In this document: positions 12,824 through 25,008 of the stretch, piece by piece
Position numbering within the stretch: the stretch's first letter is position 1
Layout of the letters: every line of letters begins with the position of its first letter
Assembly (NCBI GenBank): GCA_905178155.1
Contig: CAJINV010000004.1
Coordinates: 6,054,828 to 6,118,827, forward strand
Reading direction: 5' to 3'
DNA length: 64,000 bases
From: Amoebophrya sp. A120
Taxonomy: Eukaryota; Protista; Dinoflagellata
Notes under the pieces: generated by a model
Database searches by the model: none
Told to the model about the DNA's origin: nothing
What the model saw: the letters and a program-made list of their open reading frames with translations, nothing else
Translations under genes and position numbers: made by a program

Positions 12824-13945
12824 TCAGCCATCACTCAACTTCAACAAGAGCCAAAAAATGCTGCAACTACAATCATGATTTTCATCTACTTTACCCTCCG
12901 AATACAACAACATGGATGAAGTAGTTGCAGTATCCAATACCGCTGGCTGCAGGGCCGCCCTTGATTGGTCCCACAGGTCCCACGTGCGGTGATCTCTATC
13001 TGCTGCGAAGGACACATGCGAACCGCTGCAGTCCATCCCTTCGTCAAGGTCCTGCGCGGCAGCCAAACGGAGGGGCGAATTCGCGAAGAAGTCCGCGACA
13101 TACATACCACCCCGGCACAGCGGGCTGAAACACTTTTCCTCTGACTCGTCGCAAGGGTCGTTGCTGATTGTACTAGTACTCCTCGTGAACCCAGCCCAGT
13201 ACTCGTCAGGGTCTATGGTGCGAGGGGATAGCGCGGCCCAGTTCTCGAGAGTTTGGTGGACAAAGTACATGCAGACGCCCCCACTGCTGCTGCTCGCACC
13301 AGCCGCTTGCTGTTCTTGTTGTACTATCCTCTTATTCGTGCTGGTGCTGGCGGTCCCTACATGTACATGTGCACTTGTTTTTTCACTTCTAGTTCCTTCT
13401 GCTGCTGTCTGCTGTGACGTCTGCTCCTTTCTCGATAGTGTTCTTCTTGTCCTCCCGGCACGGCCCACGGTTTCCCGAATACTAGACCGGGTGATGTCAA
13501 TGAAAGAAGTTCTTGTGGCCGCCACCGGCTCGGGTGGCAATGCAGCAGTCGTGCCTTGTTTTTTTCTCGACAGTACTTTTGTCTTGAAAATTTTTCTGGC
13601 CTTGCTGGATTTGCTCTTGCCGGGATCATTTCTGTTGTTGTTCGCCCTTTGTAGTTCTACCAGAGGGGAGGTATTTCTACTTCCATTGTTCCTCGTCTTG
13701 ACCACCAGCGAAACGGCATCCACAACATCTGTAGTTGAGAGGAAGTAAAATATAAATAACCCGACTGCCGTAGTACTAGACGGAGCTGCCAGAAGGCCGC
13801 GGGAATAAACACCGATCGTGCTCCAGGCGAAGTGCGTCAACATAACTAAAACTTGCACCCCGGAGAAGGGGAACATCAACATTCTTCGTCGTGCTGACAA
13901 GGAGCGCCAGCCGCTCCCTGGTTGGGTATTCTGGTTCTCGTACAT
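12824..13945 (-). CDS. Hypothetical protein with hydrophobic N-terminus; possibly the 5' part of the mucin-like gene
   Basis: 373-aa ORF with hydrophobic segments near the N-terminus; no recognised domain. Confidence 0.5.
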   Translation of the reverse strand: MYENQNTQPGSGWRSLSARRRMLMFPFSGVQVLVMLTHFAWSTIGVYSRGLLAAPSSTTAVGLFIFYFLSTTDVVDAVSLVVKTRNNGSRNTSPLVELQRANNNRNDPGKSKSSKARKIFKTKVLSRKKQGTTAALPPEPVAATRTSFIDITRSSIRETVGRAGRTRRTLSRKEQTSQQTAAEGTRSEKTSAHVHVGTASTSTNKRIVQQEQQAAGASSSSGGVCMYFVHQTLENWAALSPRTIDPDEYWAGFTRSTSTISNDPCDESEEKCFSPLCRGGMYVADFFANSPLRLAAAQDLDEGMDCSGSHVSFAADRDHRTWDLWDQSRAALQPAVLDTATTSSMLLYSEGKVDENHDCSCSIFWLLLKLSDG

Positions 13946-15449
13946 ACCGACCGATCTTGCAGTTGTCTCTAGCAGGGGGCTTGATGTAAGTAGCTTCGCA
14001 CGTCAGTGCTGCACGGGCTTCGGCTTGCCAGTTTGTTTACTTACGCCTTGAAGTTGCATCCGTGCAGCATGAGCATGACAACTTACATGAAGAATGACGA
14101 GTCCATCGCATGTTGATGTTCATCGGTGAAACTGAATGAGAACGACATAGCAGGTGCAACTTACTTTGGTTACCAGACTTTCATGTTCATGGGGGGAAAT
14201 CTCTTTACAAATCTAAAAACAAAACATTATGTCGTGTCCGATTCGTGGTTGGGGGAGAATAAACAAGTACTGTCCACAAATACAAAGAAGACAATGAGGC
14301 TCTTGCAAATGTAATGGTGCAATGCTTAGACTAGACACGACAAAAGTTTTTACGCCTGCGCCTGCCGTGGTGCACAATGCGGATCGGACGAAGACGTAAA
14401 TCGGACGAAGCAGGCTACGACACAGCAAGTTGTACGAAAGCAGATTGTACGAAAACTGTTTCAACAAACGAAACGATGGGTCTTGCGCAAAGGCAAAGCA
14501 AATAGACGCAAATTATATATGTACGAAAACGAAAAGATGATGACGACAGAGATGAACCACGAAAACCGACAGAAAGACACTGAGGGAATAATCATCAAAC
14601 TGCTGAAAGCTGAAGAACTTTATTGTACCACGAAGAACGAGGTCGTTGAGATGAAGCTCTTTCCTATTAACACGCATCTTTTGCATCTGCACGTCTGGTG
14701 CAGATGCGCACCGATGTCTTTGTCTACAACCGAAATTGAGCATGCAACAACAAGTCGAGAAATTCTACTACCTCACACAAACTACGACGTTCACTTTACT
14801 TCAGCATGGATCATGTTCTTGTGCTGTTCTATTTTCAACTACAATTCTCAGCGTGAACAAGTGAAGCTGGATGGATTTGAGGAGTTGTAGTGTCAGTGCG
14901 TGCAATATTCATAATCTATTGATATTGTACTTCGCGGGCGAGAAAATAGATTCTTCTTCTCTTACTTCTCAGACAATGTAGTTCTTGACCGCCCACAACA
15001 CGACTACCAGGAAAAGGAGCAAAAATGATCATGCGTTACTGATTTAATACAGGGTGTAAGAAATTCTTAAAACTAGAAGAAGATCAAGAACTGTGCGACG
15101 CCGTGTTTGGGCTTTCATCCTTAAAGCTGTGCGCTTCTCTTATTTCGTCAGAAAGCGCGCGGGCGCCACCTCCTCACGGCCAAATAATTGACTCATATTC
15201 ATTGATGAAGTTGACCCACAACCTCAAGTAGCGGAAGCTGCGAAACATAAAGAACATTACATTTGCAACAAGAGCCCCTCCCTTTGATAAAATTGAAAAG
15301 TTAGGAGCTTTAAATTTAAATGAGCCTGTCAACCTCACGATACAAAGATAGAACGTGGAGCTGGACCGACGAACAAAATGAAAAGAAATATACTGCGACT
15401 ACATACATTCATGAGGACATGGTTGATGCAAAAATCAGTTTTATTCTTG

Positions 15450-17952
15450 TCATCCCCGCACCTTGACGTTTACCGTGACACCGTTTTTGTGGCCCCCGCC
15501 GGCGGCCCTCTTCATCACCATCTTTTTGTTGATCTTCCCTCCACGGCTGTTCACAGCTTGCATCATTTTCATGGGTTGATTCTTCATTTTCGGTGGGGCA
15601 GTGGCTGTCATCTTCCTCTTCAGGTTGGCCGGCTTAGTTTTTTTCGCACCAACGTTTTTGATGTTAGCCTGCATCATTTTGTTCTTAACCATCTTCATCG
15701 CCGAAAGTTGTGCAGATTTCTTCATACCCACAGGAGTTGCTGCCGTCCTCATCTTCTGCATGGGCTTCTTGGTACTAGTTTTTGGTCGTATAGCTTTCAT
15801 TTTCTTCATCGCAGCGGCCTTCATCCTTTTCGCAGCAGCACCGCTTCTAGCCCGCGACGAGCTCCCGCTTGCAGCACTCGCCACGCGGCCCCCTCCTGTG
15901 GAAAGAATTTTCACCGCCACTGAGGCAGAGGGCTTAGTAGTTTTTGGCAGCTTTCTCCCCCCAGCAGTTTTGTTTTTGTTCCCTTTCTTGACCTCCTTTT
16001 TCAAATCAGCAATCTCCTTTATCGCAAGAAAAAACTGTTTCACTGTGAACTTGTGATGCAGAGAATGGAGCACAGAATGATTTGTCTTGCTGCACCTGCA
16101 AGACGTTGGATTTTTTAGCGTGTTTTCACTTGGGAAGTGAGCATGGCAAATTTTCTGTGTCATGTGTAACAAACTTGTGATGCAGATCTTGCAAGATCAT
16201 CACAGTGAAACAGTTTTTTCGTGGAATATCCTTCTTCAGATCTGCGATCTCGGAACCGCTCGAGGGATTATAGTTGTCAGGGGCGGCGTTGTATCAACTG
16301 TAAAGATGTCTGGGTCTGGAAGAATGCAACTTGTGATGCTGAATTTGGATTCCAAAAAAATCTGTATTGCATGAGCAGCAAAGGGAATGCAATTTTTGCT
16401 ACGCGGAGAGGGCATTTGTCATGCGGTATACGCACCAGAAAGCCCTCAAAAAATCTGTGATGCTAGGCCATGCATCACAGACATCAGGAGTCATGGAAAA
16501 TGTGCATGACAAACCTGGCAATCTTCCAGACCCAGACATTTTTACATTTGATACGTTGTACACATTCTTTGTAAGGTGAAAGCTCACCGCCGCGCCGCTC
16601 TTTAACGCTTTCCGGAGGGGTGAGTTGTAGTGCTGGACCACCGCCGGGTTGAGAATGTTTATGGAGGTGTCAGGATCGAAATCGACAAAATCGAAAGGAT
16701 TTGTCATGCATAAAACGGATTCCAGTTCGAGCCCAGTTTCTAAGTGGCGCATGACAAATTCTGGTGGTGCCTAAATCCAGTTTGTAATGCTGTTTAGGCA
16801 AAGAAGACTGGCTCTCTCATGTTGCTTTAGCAGCTCGAACCATAACCCCAAACAGGCTTACAGTCAGCCTCACTTGCCTGCTCTGCAACACACGTACTTC
16901 GCGTCATGCATTTTATGCATCACAAATTTTTCGATTTTGTCGATTTCGATTCTGACAGTTCCATAATGTTATCGAACCGGTTATTGATGGAATACAGGTC
17001 GCCCTTGGGCCCACCTGCGGGCAGCAGTGCCAGATGAGTACTCGTCGACGAACCCTTAATATTTTTTTCATTCTCGTAGACAACGTTGTCCAGTTTCAAC
17101 TTTTTCAAAATCGCCGGCGATGGCAATCCATCGCTGACTCCGCCCTTCTTCAGCGGCTTCTTGTAGTGCAGCACTGGCAAATCGCCGGAGGAGGAACTCG
17201 TAGTACGTTTTTGGATCATAGATGAAGCGGCAGGAGGGCTGGCGTTGTTCTCTTTCTGCATGTTCTCCTTGTACTCTTTCGAATGCTATGGCGTTCCCAA
17301 ACGTTACACTCTCAACTGTTACACGATTTGCCATGCAGAACTACAATCAGACACGAACACGATCAAGCTGCTTCGCATGACAAATTCACTGAGGGCCAAA
17401 CAGGATTAGAATATGTGCCAGATCTGTCATGCACGACGCGCAAGGTCACCCTGTTCATTTTTTCTTTTTCCAGTCTTGCATGATCACAAATTCATGCAAC
17501 AGTTAAGATTGAGAATGTAACAGTTGAGAACGCCATAAATGCCACGTGTAGTTTTTGATTTTGTAGAAATGGTCACTGTTTCCTCGGCTCGTCGCACTGG
17601 ACGGTAACGGATAATCATTGTTGTTGTAGCTGCCATTTTTCTTACTCATGACTCCACTTGTTCCTGCAGCTCCTGTCGCGTATTTGATGTGAGAAGAGCT
17701 GGCTGAGGTCCCGCTCGCGCCGTAGTTGTTGCCAGTGCTACCACCTCCTCCATTTATTTTCGCAGTATGTTCTCCACCACCCACGACCTTTGGTGAACGT
17801 GAAGCAGACGAAGTTGTGATGGCCTTCGCGTATGCTGTGGGATTGTGGATCCGGTAGCCGTTCTTGGTGTACAATGTTGGGGTTACGCCGCTTGGCACCG
17901 CGGCCAGATACCGCTCCGGGTTGGAAATCCGTTCACCTCGCGAAGTGTACAT
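15450..17952 (-). CDS. Basic Lys/Met/Ala-rich protein split by four introners
   Basis: Five exons join in frame after removing E, F, A and D elements. N-terminal duplicated YTxxGxRIxNPxxY motif, EIADLKK duplication, AMKKMK-type basic tail. Confidence 0.82.
16020..16228. mobile_element. Introner family D
   Basis: TIR tatcgcaagaaaaaactgtttcactgtg / cacagtgaaacagttttttcgtggaata; DR tcctt. Confidence 0.92.
16292..16553. mobile_element. Introner family A
   Basis: Family A TIR; DR cgttg. Confidence 0.94.
16660..16965. mobile_element. Introner family F
   Basis: Long TIR tatggaggtgtcaggatcgaaatcgacaaaatcgaaa / tttcgattttgtcgatttcgattctgacagttccata; DR atgtt. Confidence 0.93.
17287..17537. mobile_element. 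Introner family E
   Basis: TIR tatggcgttc...ttacactctcaactgtt / gagaatgtaacagttgagaacgccata; DR aatgc. Confidence 0.93.
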
Positions 17953-18808
17953 GTTGGTACAACTGTGTTAAGCAGCAGAGTTGGACTCAAGAAGTAGACG
18001 ATGGGAAGATTTTGGCAACAAATGAGAATTATGTATGCGCGAAGTGAAAACGAAAAGTGCTAGAGCAGAGACAAAATTTCGGCAGCAACTGCTAGTAAAA
18101 AAGAAGTAAGTACTTCTACCAGCAGTACGAGTTCGGAATCTCCTTTAAAATAAAACGGGAGGACCTATACTGATACATGATCTCACACACCGTAGGCCTG
18201 AGGGAAGCAGAGTGGCACAAAGACAGAATGGACACGGAGTACATGTACAACTATCGATCTTATGACGTCGCGTCACACCTCCACGCGCGATAACGATATT
18301 AATAAGATCAACTACATGACAATGCTATTCTCGTCAAACACAACCGACTCTTTTTTGACTCTGATACGAATCGTCCGGTTGATATTGACAAATCAATACC
18401 GAGACCACCTGACTTTTTTCGATTTCAAGAATAAACCTTTACAAACCGAATCAGTCACATCAAATACGATGCAAAAAAGTTTATGCATAGGTGTAGTTCC
18501 GAACCGGAATAAATAGCTGCGCCGAAAAAAAAAAAACCGAAGGAGGACCGCTCGTCCACAATAAATGTCTCGGAAACTACTAACTACTGTATCCGTTTTA
18601 GATCTAGTGGATACTGAGGTAGTTGTACTAGTAGACAGCTGAACAAGATCAAGAACATAAATCATAAATGCAAGTGCAAACTATGTTCGTAGCATTGACG
18701 CTGGTAACTATCAGTTGCTGGTACAGAACCTCCTTCAATACTGCTTTCTTGAAGATCTTCCACCGGTTTGTTCTCGATAACGCGGTCGCCACAACGTTGC
18801 AGCGTACA

Positions 18809-21800
18809 TCATACAGACCAAGTAGCAAAACTATGGCTCTTCACAATTAATGCGTCCTTTTTCGATGTTGAAACTTCAGGGTACACATTCCCGTTGTGCT
18901 ATCCTGACAGAGCCTCTCCTCCTTCTTGGCCACCAGTCCGCCGGGGCCCTTCTATCAAATGTAAAAATGTCTGGGTCTGGAAGAAAGCAATGCGTCATGC
19001 TAAATTATCTGAAGCATGCAAAAATCTGTGTTGCATGATTACCAAATAAAGTCGCCCAGTTTTGACCAAGTCGCGAGGGAGTTTCTTATGCAGGATAGGC
19101 ATGAGAGAGATCGCACAGAATCTGTCATGCTAGGCACTGCATTCCAGACCTCATGGGTCATGGAAAAGCTGCATGCCAAATCGCGCATTCTTCCAGACCC
19201 AGACATTTTTGCATTTGATACCTTCTCTGCCCGCACAAAATCGCTGTTCGTCGGCACTCGGATGCCTTCCCTATGGAACTCTCAATTGTTACATTCTCAA
19301 CATGAATTTGTAATGGAAGAATGGGAAAAGTGAAAGAGGCGAGGTTGCACCCGTAGCATTCCAAATCCCGCACAGATTTAATTGCTGCTTAGCCCTTCGG
19401 GAATTTGTCATGCGAAGTTGCTGCGCCGTGTGGATGTTGGTGCTGGTTTTGCATGACAAATCATGCAACAGTTGAGAATGTAACAGTTTAGAACGCCATA
19501 TTCCCGCCGCACGGCTTCGAAGGCCTCGAACACGGTAGTATTGCTGGGGAGAAGGTGGTAGGAGTAAAGCGCTGAAGGAGCTGCTGATGATATTCCCTGC
19601 TTGGTACTTCTATCAAGGGTTTGTCTTTGTGCAGAAGTTTCAGTCTCATCGATCTTCTCGATCCCTTGTGTAGAAGTCGTCTTATTCGGCTGCATTATCC
19701 CCCGCTCAGGTGGGCGGAAGAAAATCTTGGACTTCTCGATGTTTTTCCTCGTCGCCCCAGCAAGGTCAAAGAACGCCGGCGCGGGGTCGGGGAGGACAGG
19801 TCGTTTACAATTATTAGAGGGCGACCTTCTAGCTGCCGGGGAAGTACTAGAATCTTCCTCAGCCCGATGAGCTGCAGCCGCTTCTTGAACAACGGTGGCT
19901 CCTCCTCCCCTCTCGTGGGCTCCTTCCGACGGCCAGGTTTTTGCCAAAACCAGCCGCAACACGATTGCGGCTGCGGCCACAAAGCTGGCCTTTACCGCCG
20001 TCTTCGTGTTAACCCGAGCCTTTCCCTATGCAGTGCAAAAGCATCGCACCATTGCAATTATGCATTTACAAATCTAGTTGCCGAGCCTGAGGTAAACCCG
20101 CTCCCGTATTAGAAATTCATATTTGTAAAGCGAGCCTGAGCCAATTTGCATTGCATATATTAGTACAAGCATTTTAACTAGAACGATATATGCTTTTGCA
20201 CTTCATATTCCCGAAATCGGAATGATTTGGTTCCCGCTGTACTCGGGAAACTTTTTTCGGATCACTTCCAGTCGGTCCTGCAGCACTTCCGCGCTCTCGA
20301 GCAGGTCCACCTTGTTGCAAACCAGCACCATGGGAAACCGATGGTGTACGAAGAAGTGGACAAAGTGCATCAAGTCCTCTTCTTGGTAGTCGGCGAAGTT
20401 GAGCAGCTCTACTGCTGGGGACGCGGTTGTTGATGGTGGAGGACCACGACCCGTCGCCCAGGCGATCCACAAATTGCGGACGTAATCCGGCGTGCAGTGG
20501 TACCCAGTGAAGAGCGCCACGAAACGGTCCAGTGCGGGCGAGTTCAGACTGTCAGATTTAGACGACACGCCGCGCGCGCCGTGGTCGTGCTGCCCGACTA
20601 ACGCGTACTTGTAAACTATCGTACGAAAAAAGTGTTTCACTGTAAGGATTTTGCAGGTTTTGCATCACAAGTTTGTTGTACATGACAGAAAACATTTGCC
20701 ATGCAAGGTTCCTAAGGGAAAACACAGCTAAACATCCACTGTCTATGCATGTGTAGCAAGACAAACACTTGTGAGATACATTTTCTGCATTACAAGTTTA
20801 CAGTGAAACAGTTTTTTCTGGCGATATAAACGCCGTGCCACTTTGCCTTTACGTTCGTGAAAATCCAAGCGAAAATTTCCTCCCGGATGAATTGAATGTC
20901 GTGCAGGACCGTGGATACTATGAACTGCAAAAGCATCGCAATTCTCGTAGTAATTGCTGTTATAATGCATGACAAATCTCTTTCCTAAGCGAAAACAGCA
21001 TTACAAATTCATTTGTAATGCTGAGATAATTTGTAATGCGATTTATACTATTGGAAGTACGATACTGTTGCAGTTCATAGATACCTCCTCGTCCCCATTC
21101 GTGTTGCTCACCTCCCCACAAGCGTCCAGCCGCCCGTATCAAATGCAAAAGATATGTCTGGGTCCGGATAGATGCAAGGTTTGTCATGCACATTTCGCAT
21201 GACTCCTAATGTCTGTGATGCATGCCCAAGCATCACAGATTTTATGTGGGCTTCTTGATGTTGCCTATACCGCATCAGAAATGCCCTGTCCCCATGGCAA
21301 AAACTGGACCTCTTTTGCTATTCATGACGCAATACAGATTTCTTGTAGAATCCAAATCCAGCATGACAAACACAAGTTGCATCCTTCCAGACCCAGACAT
21401 ATCTGCAGTTCATAGCCCGCTGATGTCCACGATGTGGGCCAACGCGTCCGCCCGAAGCAGGTCGTTTAAAAAAGCGTTCCCACGTCCCTTGCCCTGGTAT
21501 GCGCCCGGGACCAGGCCGGCGACGTCCTTCACGAGGAAGGGAATTTTGTGCTCGCTGGTCGTGGAAGTTGTAGGTGGATGAGGCTGTTGTTGGTGATGAA
21601 ACGCGCTGCTGCTTGTGCTGCTGCTGATGTTCTTGTCATGATCCGTATTTATTTTCATCTGGTCTACAACTCCTTCGTCATGAATACGAAGCCACGCTTC
21701 CCCGATGTTGGGCTCGATCGTGGTGAAGGGGTGTGAAGCAACTGCGGCTCTCTTGGAATGACCTTGCTTTGACATTTTCGTTGGGTCTTGTTCGCTGTCC

Positions 21801-22249
21801 GTTCTCGAGCTTGCTGAGCCTTCAACGTCTACTAGGTCTACAACTTCCCTTTCGTGGTCACAAACCAGCGCGTTAAAGAAGGTCGACTTCCCTGCCGACG
21901 GTTTTCCCACCAGCCCGAGCACAAACTCGAATATCCTACCTCGACGCCCGTTCCCGCGCTCGCCGGATACTATGTGGGTGCTGGTGCTGGAGCAGGTAGT
22001 TCGCGGAGACGAGTTTCTATTAAGGATGTGCGTGGCCAAAAACTCAGCGTAGCTTCTCCGCATCATGTCCAAATTGATGCACAGCTCGTCGTCGTTCACA
22101 CCGCCCTCCTGCTCCCACCACTTCGTTGAAGGTTCTTTAGCTTTGCTCGCCTCCGTGCGTCGTGTTTGCGCACCAGCATCTTTTTGTGTTTGATGTTGTT
22201 CTTCACCCTGAAGTTGACGCTGCGATGTTGTTATGCATTGGAATTGCAC
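18809..22249 (-). CDS. Obg-family GTPase, YGR210C-like, with C-terminal TGS-like region; probably the 3' part of an FSH1-RWD-GTPase fusion
   Basis: G1 GLVGKPSAGKSTFFNAL, G2 HPFTTIEPN, G3 DVAGLVPGAYQGKGRGNAFLNDL, G4 NKVD. Six elements are removed in frame up to the stop at 18809-18811. Confidence 0.88.
18953..19220. mobile_element. Introner family A
   Basis: Family A TIR; DR ccttc. Confidence 0.94.
19272..19500. mobile_element. Introner family E
   Basis: Family E TIR; DR ttccc. Confidence 0.92.
20027..20207. mobile_element. Introner family C
   Basis: tatgcagtgcaaaagcat / atgcttttgcacttcata; DR ttccc. Confidence 0.9.
20617..20826. mobile_element. Introner family D
   Basis: Family D TIR; DR taaac; joins KWHGVY to KYALV. 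Confidence 0.92.
20919..21079. mobile_element. Introner family C
   Basis: tatgaactgcaa / ttgcagttcata; DR gatac. Confidence 0.92.
21137..21414. mobile_element. Introner family A (internal orientation opposite to the 16292 copy)
   Basis: Family A TIR; DR gcccg; joins VDISG to RLDACG. Confidence 0.93.
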
Positions 22250-22251
22250 AA

Positions 22252-22451
22252 TATAGTCGTACTTTTACGTTTACGTAGTGTACTTCTACGAAGTAGAAGT
22301 AGTACAAATAATCAAGCGAATTTGTGAACAATTTTATAAGCATCAAATTTTTTGTCATTGTGGTAGGTACTGTTTGGGACGAACAAGAAAGCAAGTTTTT
22401 TTGTCATGCATTTGAGCAATCGATAAAACTTAGTACGCTTTTACGACTATA
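22252..22451. mobile_element. Possible highly degenerate introner linking RWD and GTPase exons
   Basis: 10-bp IR tatagtcgta/tacgactata and internal ttgtcatgc. No recognisable DR, but removing the element plus 5 nt fuses the flanking ORFs in frame. Confidence 0.5.
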
Positions 22452-25008
22452 GCCTCCAAACTCGACGATACTAGTAGTTGTTGCGGCCAGCACACCAGCA
22501 CTGACCGCTTTGACCGCAGAGTTTTCTTCCAGCAGAACCCGCTCCCAGTCTGCTGCCGCTAGCCCCAAGGAGACGCCGTACCCGACCTCCAAAACCGGTC
22601 CGGTCGCGCCGTCTTCAACCTCGTTCAATAAATCCCCATCCGCAGCCAGCACGTCTTCGAGCTCCGGGAGCCGCGCCTCCAAAAGGAAGTTGTGCGTGAT
22701 CATGCGCTGCAGCAGGGGACAGGCGGGCGCAGGAGGACGAGCTCTCGAATTATAAATCGCAGAAGCCGCAGCATTTTTACAATTGTCTGGTGGCACGTAA
22801 TCTAGATCTAGATCTCCTTCCGCATTCGCGAACCCGGGGGGATACCACATCTCCAGTGCAAAATTTTCGCCGCAGGGAATCTCGATTATCCACGGCAGAC
22901 GAGGATCTTCTTCATCGCACTCCTTGTTGTTCTGGTCTTGGTGGTCCTTCTTGATGTCCATGTCAGTGTCGAAGGTCGCTTCGAGCAACTCCTTCTCTAG
23001 TGCCAGGTTTTCGAGCCACGTCTGCAGGACGGACATTTGTTTCATTTCGCGACAAAGCTCCGCTTGCTTCTCGGTTGTTGTAGTACTGACAGGATTTTTT
23101 TTACTAGTACAACTATCCGTGATGTGCGGCGCTCCTTTCGCTGTGTCTTCGACTTGTTCCATCTTCAAAAACGACAAGTCCTCTTTTGTGATCAACAGCT
23201 GTCGTCTTCTCCCCGTTGTCGTTGTTGGAGTTGAAGTTGCAGTCATCTTCCTGGAGGTGGAGAGGAAAACCTCCTTCTCAACGTGCCCCAATGGCACGTG
23301 GTGACCTCCAGGATGCAGAACCGTAACGTGCTCCAGCTCCTCCTGTCGTTTAACTGCCGCGATATTCTTGTCTGGTGCGCAGTTCTCGCCGTGGTCCTTG
23401 TTCATCATCTCGCTGGCGCCATTTGATGTTCCACCTTCTATCCCAGATTCTCGTTCGACTCCATGATCCCCTGGTTCTTTTTCTTTATGAGAGTGCATAA
23501 ATTAAGAATTTGAATTCCCATTCACCCTGTTCCCCCTCATAAATTCGCATGAGAAATTATGCCAAGAGGTCCACCCTCTGCGGCCTCTTGAGGCACCGAT
23601 TGTGATTGCATGTGGACAGATGTTGTGGTCAACGTTGTCATCATGATGCAGTAAATAATCGCTGCATCTTTCCCAGCTCTTGTGTTGCTGCCGGAGGTAT
23701 ACCAACATCCAAATGAAGGAGAGAGAAAGGGAGTCGTTTTTGATGTGCAGCACTCTCATATACATCTACTAGTTGTAATTCGTGCACCCCTCGCCAGAAC
23801 CCGGACCCGGAGTCACTACTTGCGGACGTGCGGTCACAGCTCCTACCGGGAAGCAAGTACTGAGAGGAAAAATCCCCCCTCCCCATATCGAAAAGGTATG
23901 TTTCCGGAAATTTGTGATGCAGATTTGTGACCACAAATCCTGTCTGTCTTGCGAGAAGGCAAGTCGGGGCTCTCTGCCACTCTATGCAGGGGGTTTGTAA
24001 TGCTGTAAGGACTACAGGATAGCCGTCTACCATGCTAGGCGCCTACACCAAAAGGCCCTTAACTAGACTGGCGATCTGCGTGCAGTCCTCTACTGCAAGA
24101 CAAATCTGATCTGTGTACGCAGATCCAGCAGCAGAGATTTCATTTTCGATATGGGGAGGGGGGATTTTTCCTTTCGATAGCAAGCGCCGGCTCATCAAAG
24201 GCGTCACCAGTTTGTCCCGCGCGCCGATGAAGTGAAAAACCGTGGTGAGGGTGCTGGGAATAATTCTTCCGGACGAGATGAGGCTCTTTCTTGCAGCCAT
24301 CAATTCGTTCTCTTTCTTTACCTTGTTTTCATCATCCACCGCCAGCGCCACCCCAGCGACGCCAGATGAAGTGCTTGTAGACTTAGGAGACCCAGCAGAA
24401 CGCTCCCGCGGCCCGTGATACGGGTTATACCCCCCGCAAATCACGGCGAATTTCAAAAGGGGGCAAAACTCCTGGTGCCTCCTGGCAACCAATGCCGCCA
24501 GGGCAGCGCCCTGGCTGAAACCCAAGACGCCATCGAAGGGGCCGTGTGTGAGCCAGTAGCGGTAGACCTTTTTCAACGCCGGGAGAAAGGCTTCTGGTGG
24601 CGTAGTTTGATCGTACTTCATATCTTTAGAAGTACTTCCATGTTGTCCGTCGCTTGCATATAATTCTCGGGTCCGCGACGCCTCGCCGTCCGTTGTACAC
24701 GGCACCCAAGACAGAGTGCCCTCGTCCACTCCGCTCGCGTCATCTACTTGTTCTGCTGCTTCAGAAGACCCGCCGCTTTGCTGAAGGTGGAGTTGTTGTT
24801 CTACTTTCCGCTCGCTACTAGTAGAAGTAGGAGCCGTTTTCCACTCGAAGTCGCCCTCCAGAAAAAAGAGGTCTGCGTGACGCTTCAAGGGCTTTATCCG
24901 TTCTTCAAAAATCGAGGCAGTTTGCCGGTTCCCGTGGAGGCAGAGGACGCGGGGGCGGCGTGCGGTGCTGCTCGGGGCCGCTCCGGTGTCGAGGGGGAAG
25001 CTGCTCAT
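22452..25008 (-). CDS. FSH1/OVCA2-family serine hydrolase followed by an RWD-like domain
   Basis: VLCLHGNRQTASIF, GPFDGVLGFSQGA (Ser), GARDKLV (Asp) and, after two elements are removed, HPGGHHVP (His). Then ENLALEKELLEATF...ALEMWYPPGF, resembling RWD. Confidence 0.85.
23486..23760. mobile_element. Introner family B (degenerate)
   Basis: tatgagagtgc / gcactctcata; DR ttctt/tacat (3/5); frame restored. Confidence 0.78.
23858..24179. mobile_element. Introner family G
   Basis: TIR ...aggaaaaatccccctccccatatcgaaa / tttcgatatggggagggggatttttcctttcgata; DR gcaag. Confidence 0.92.
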
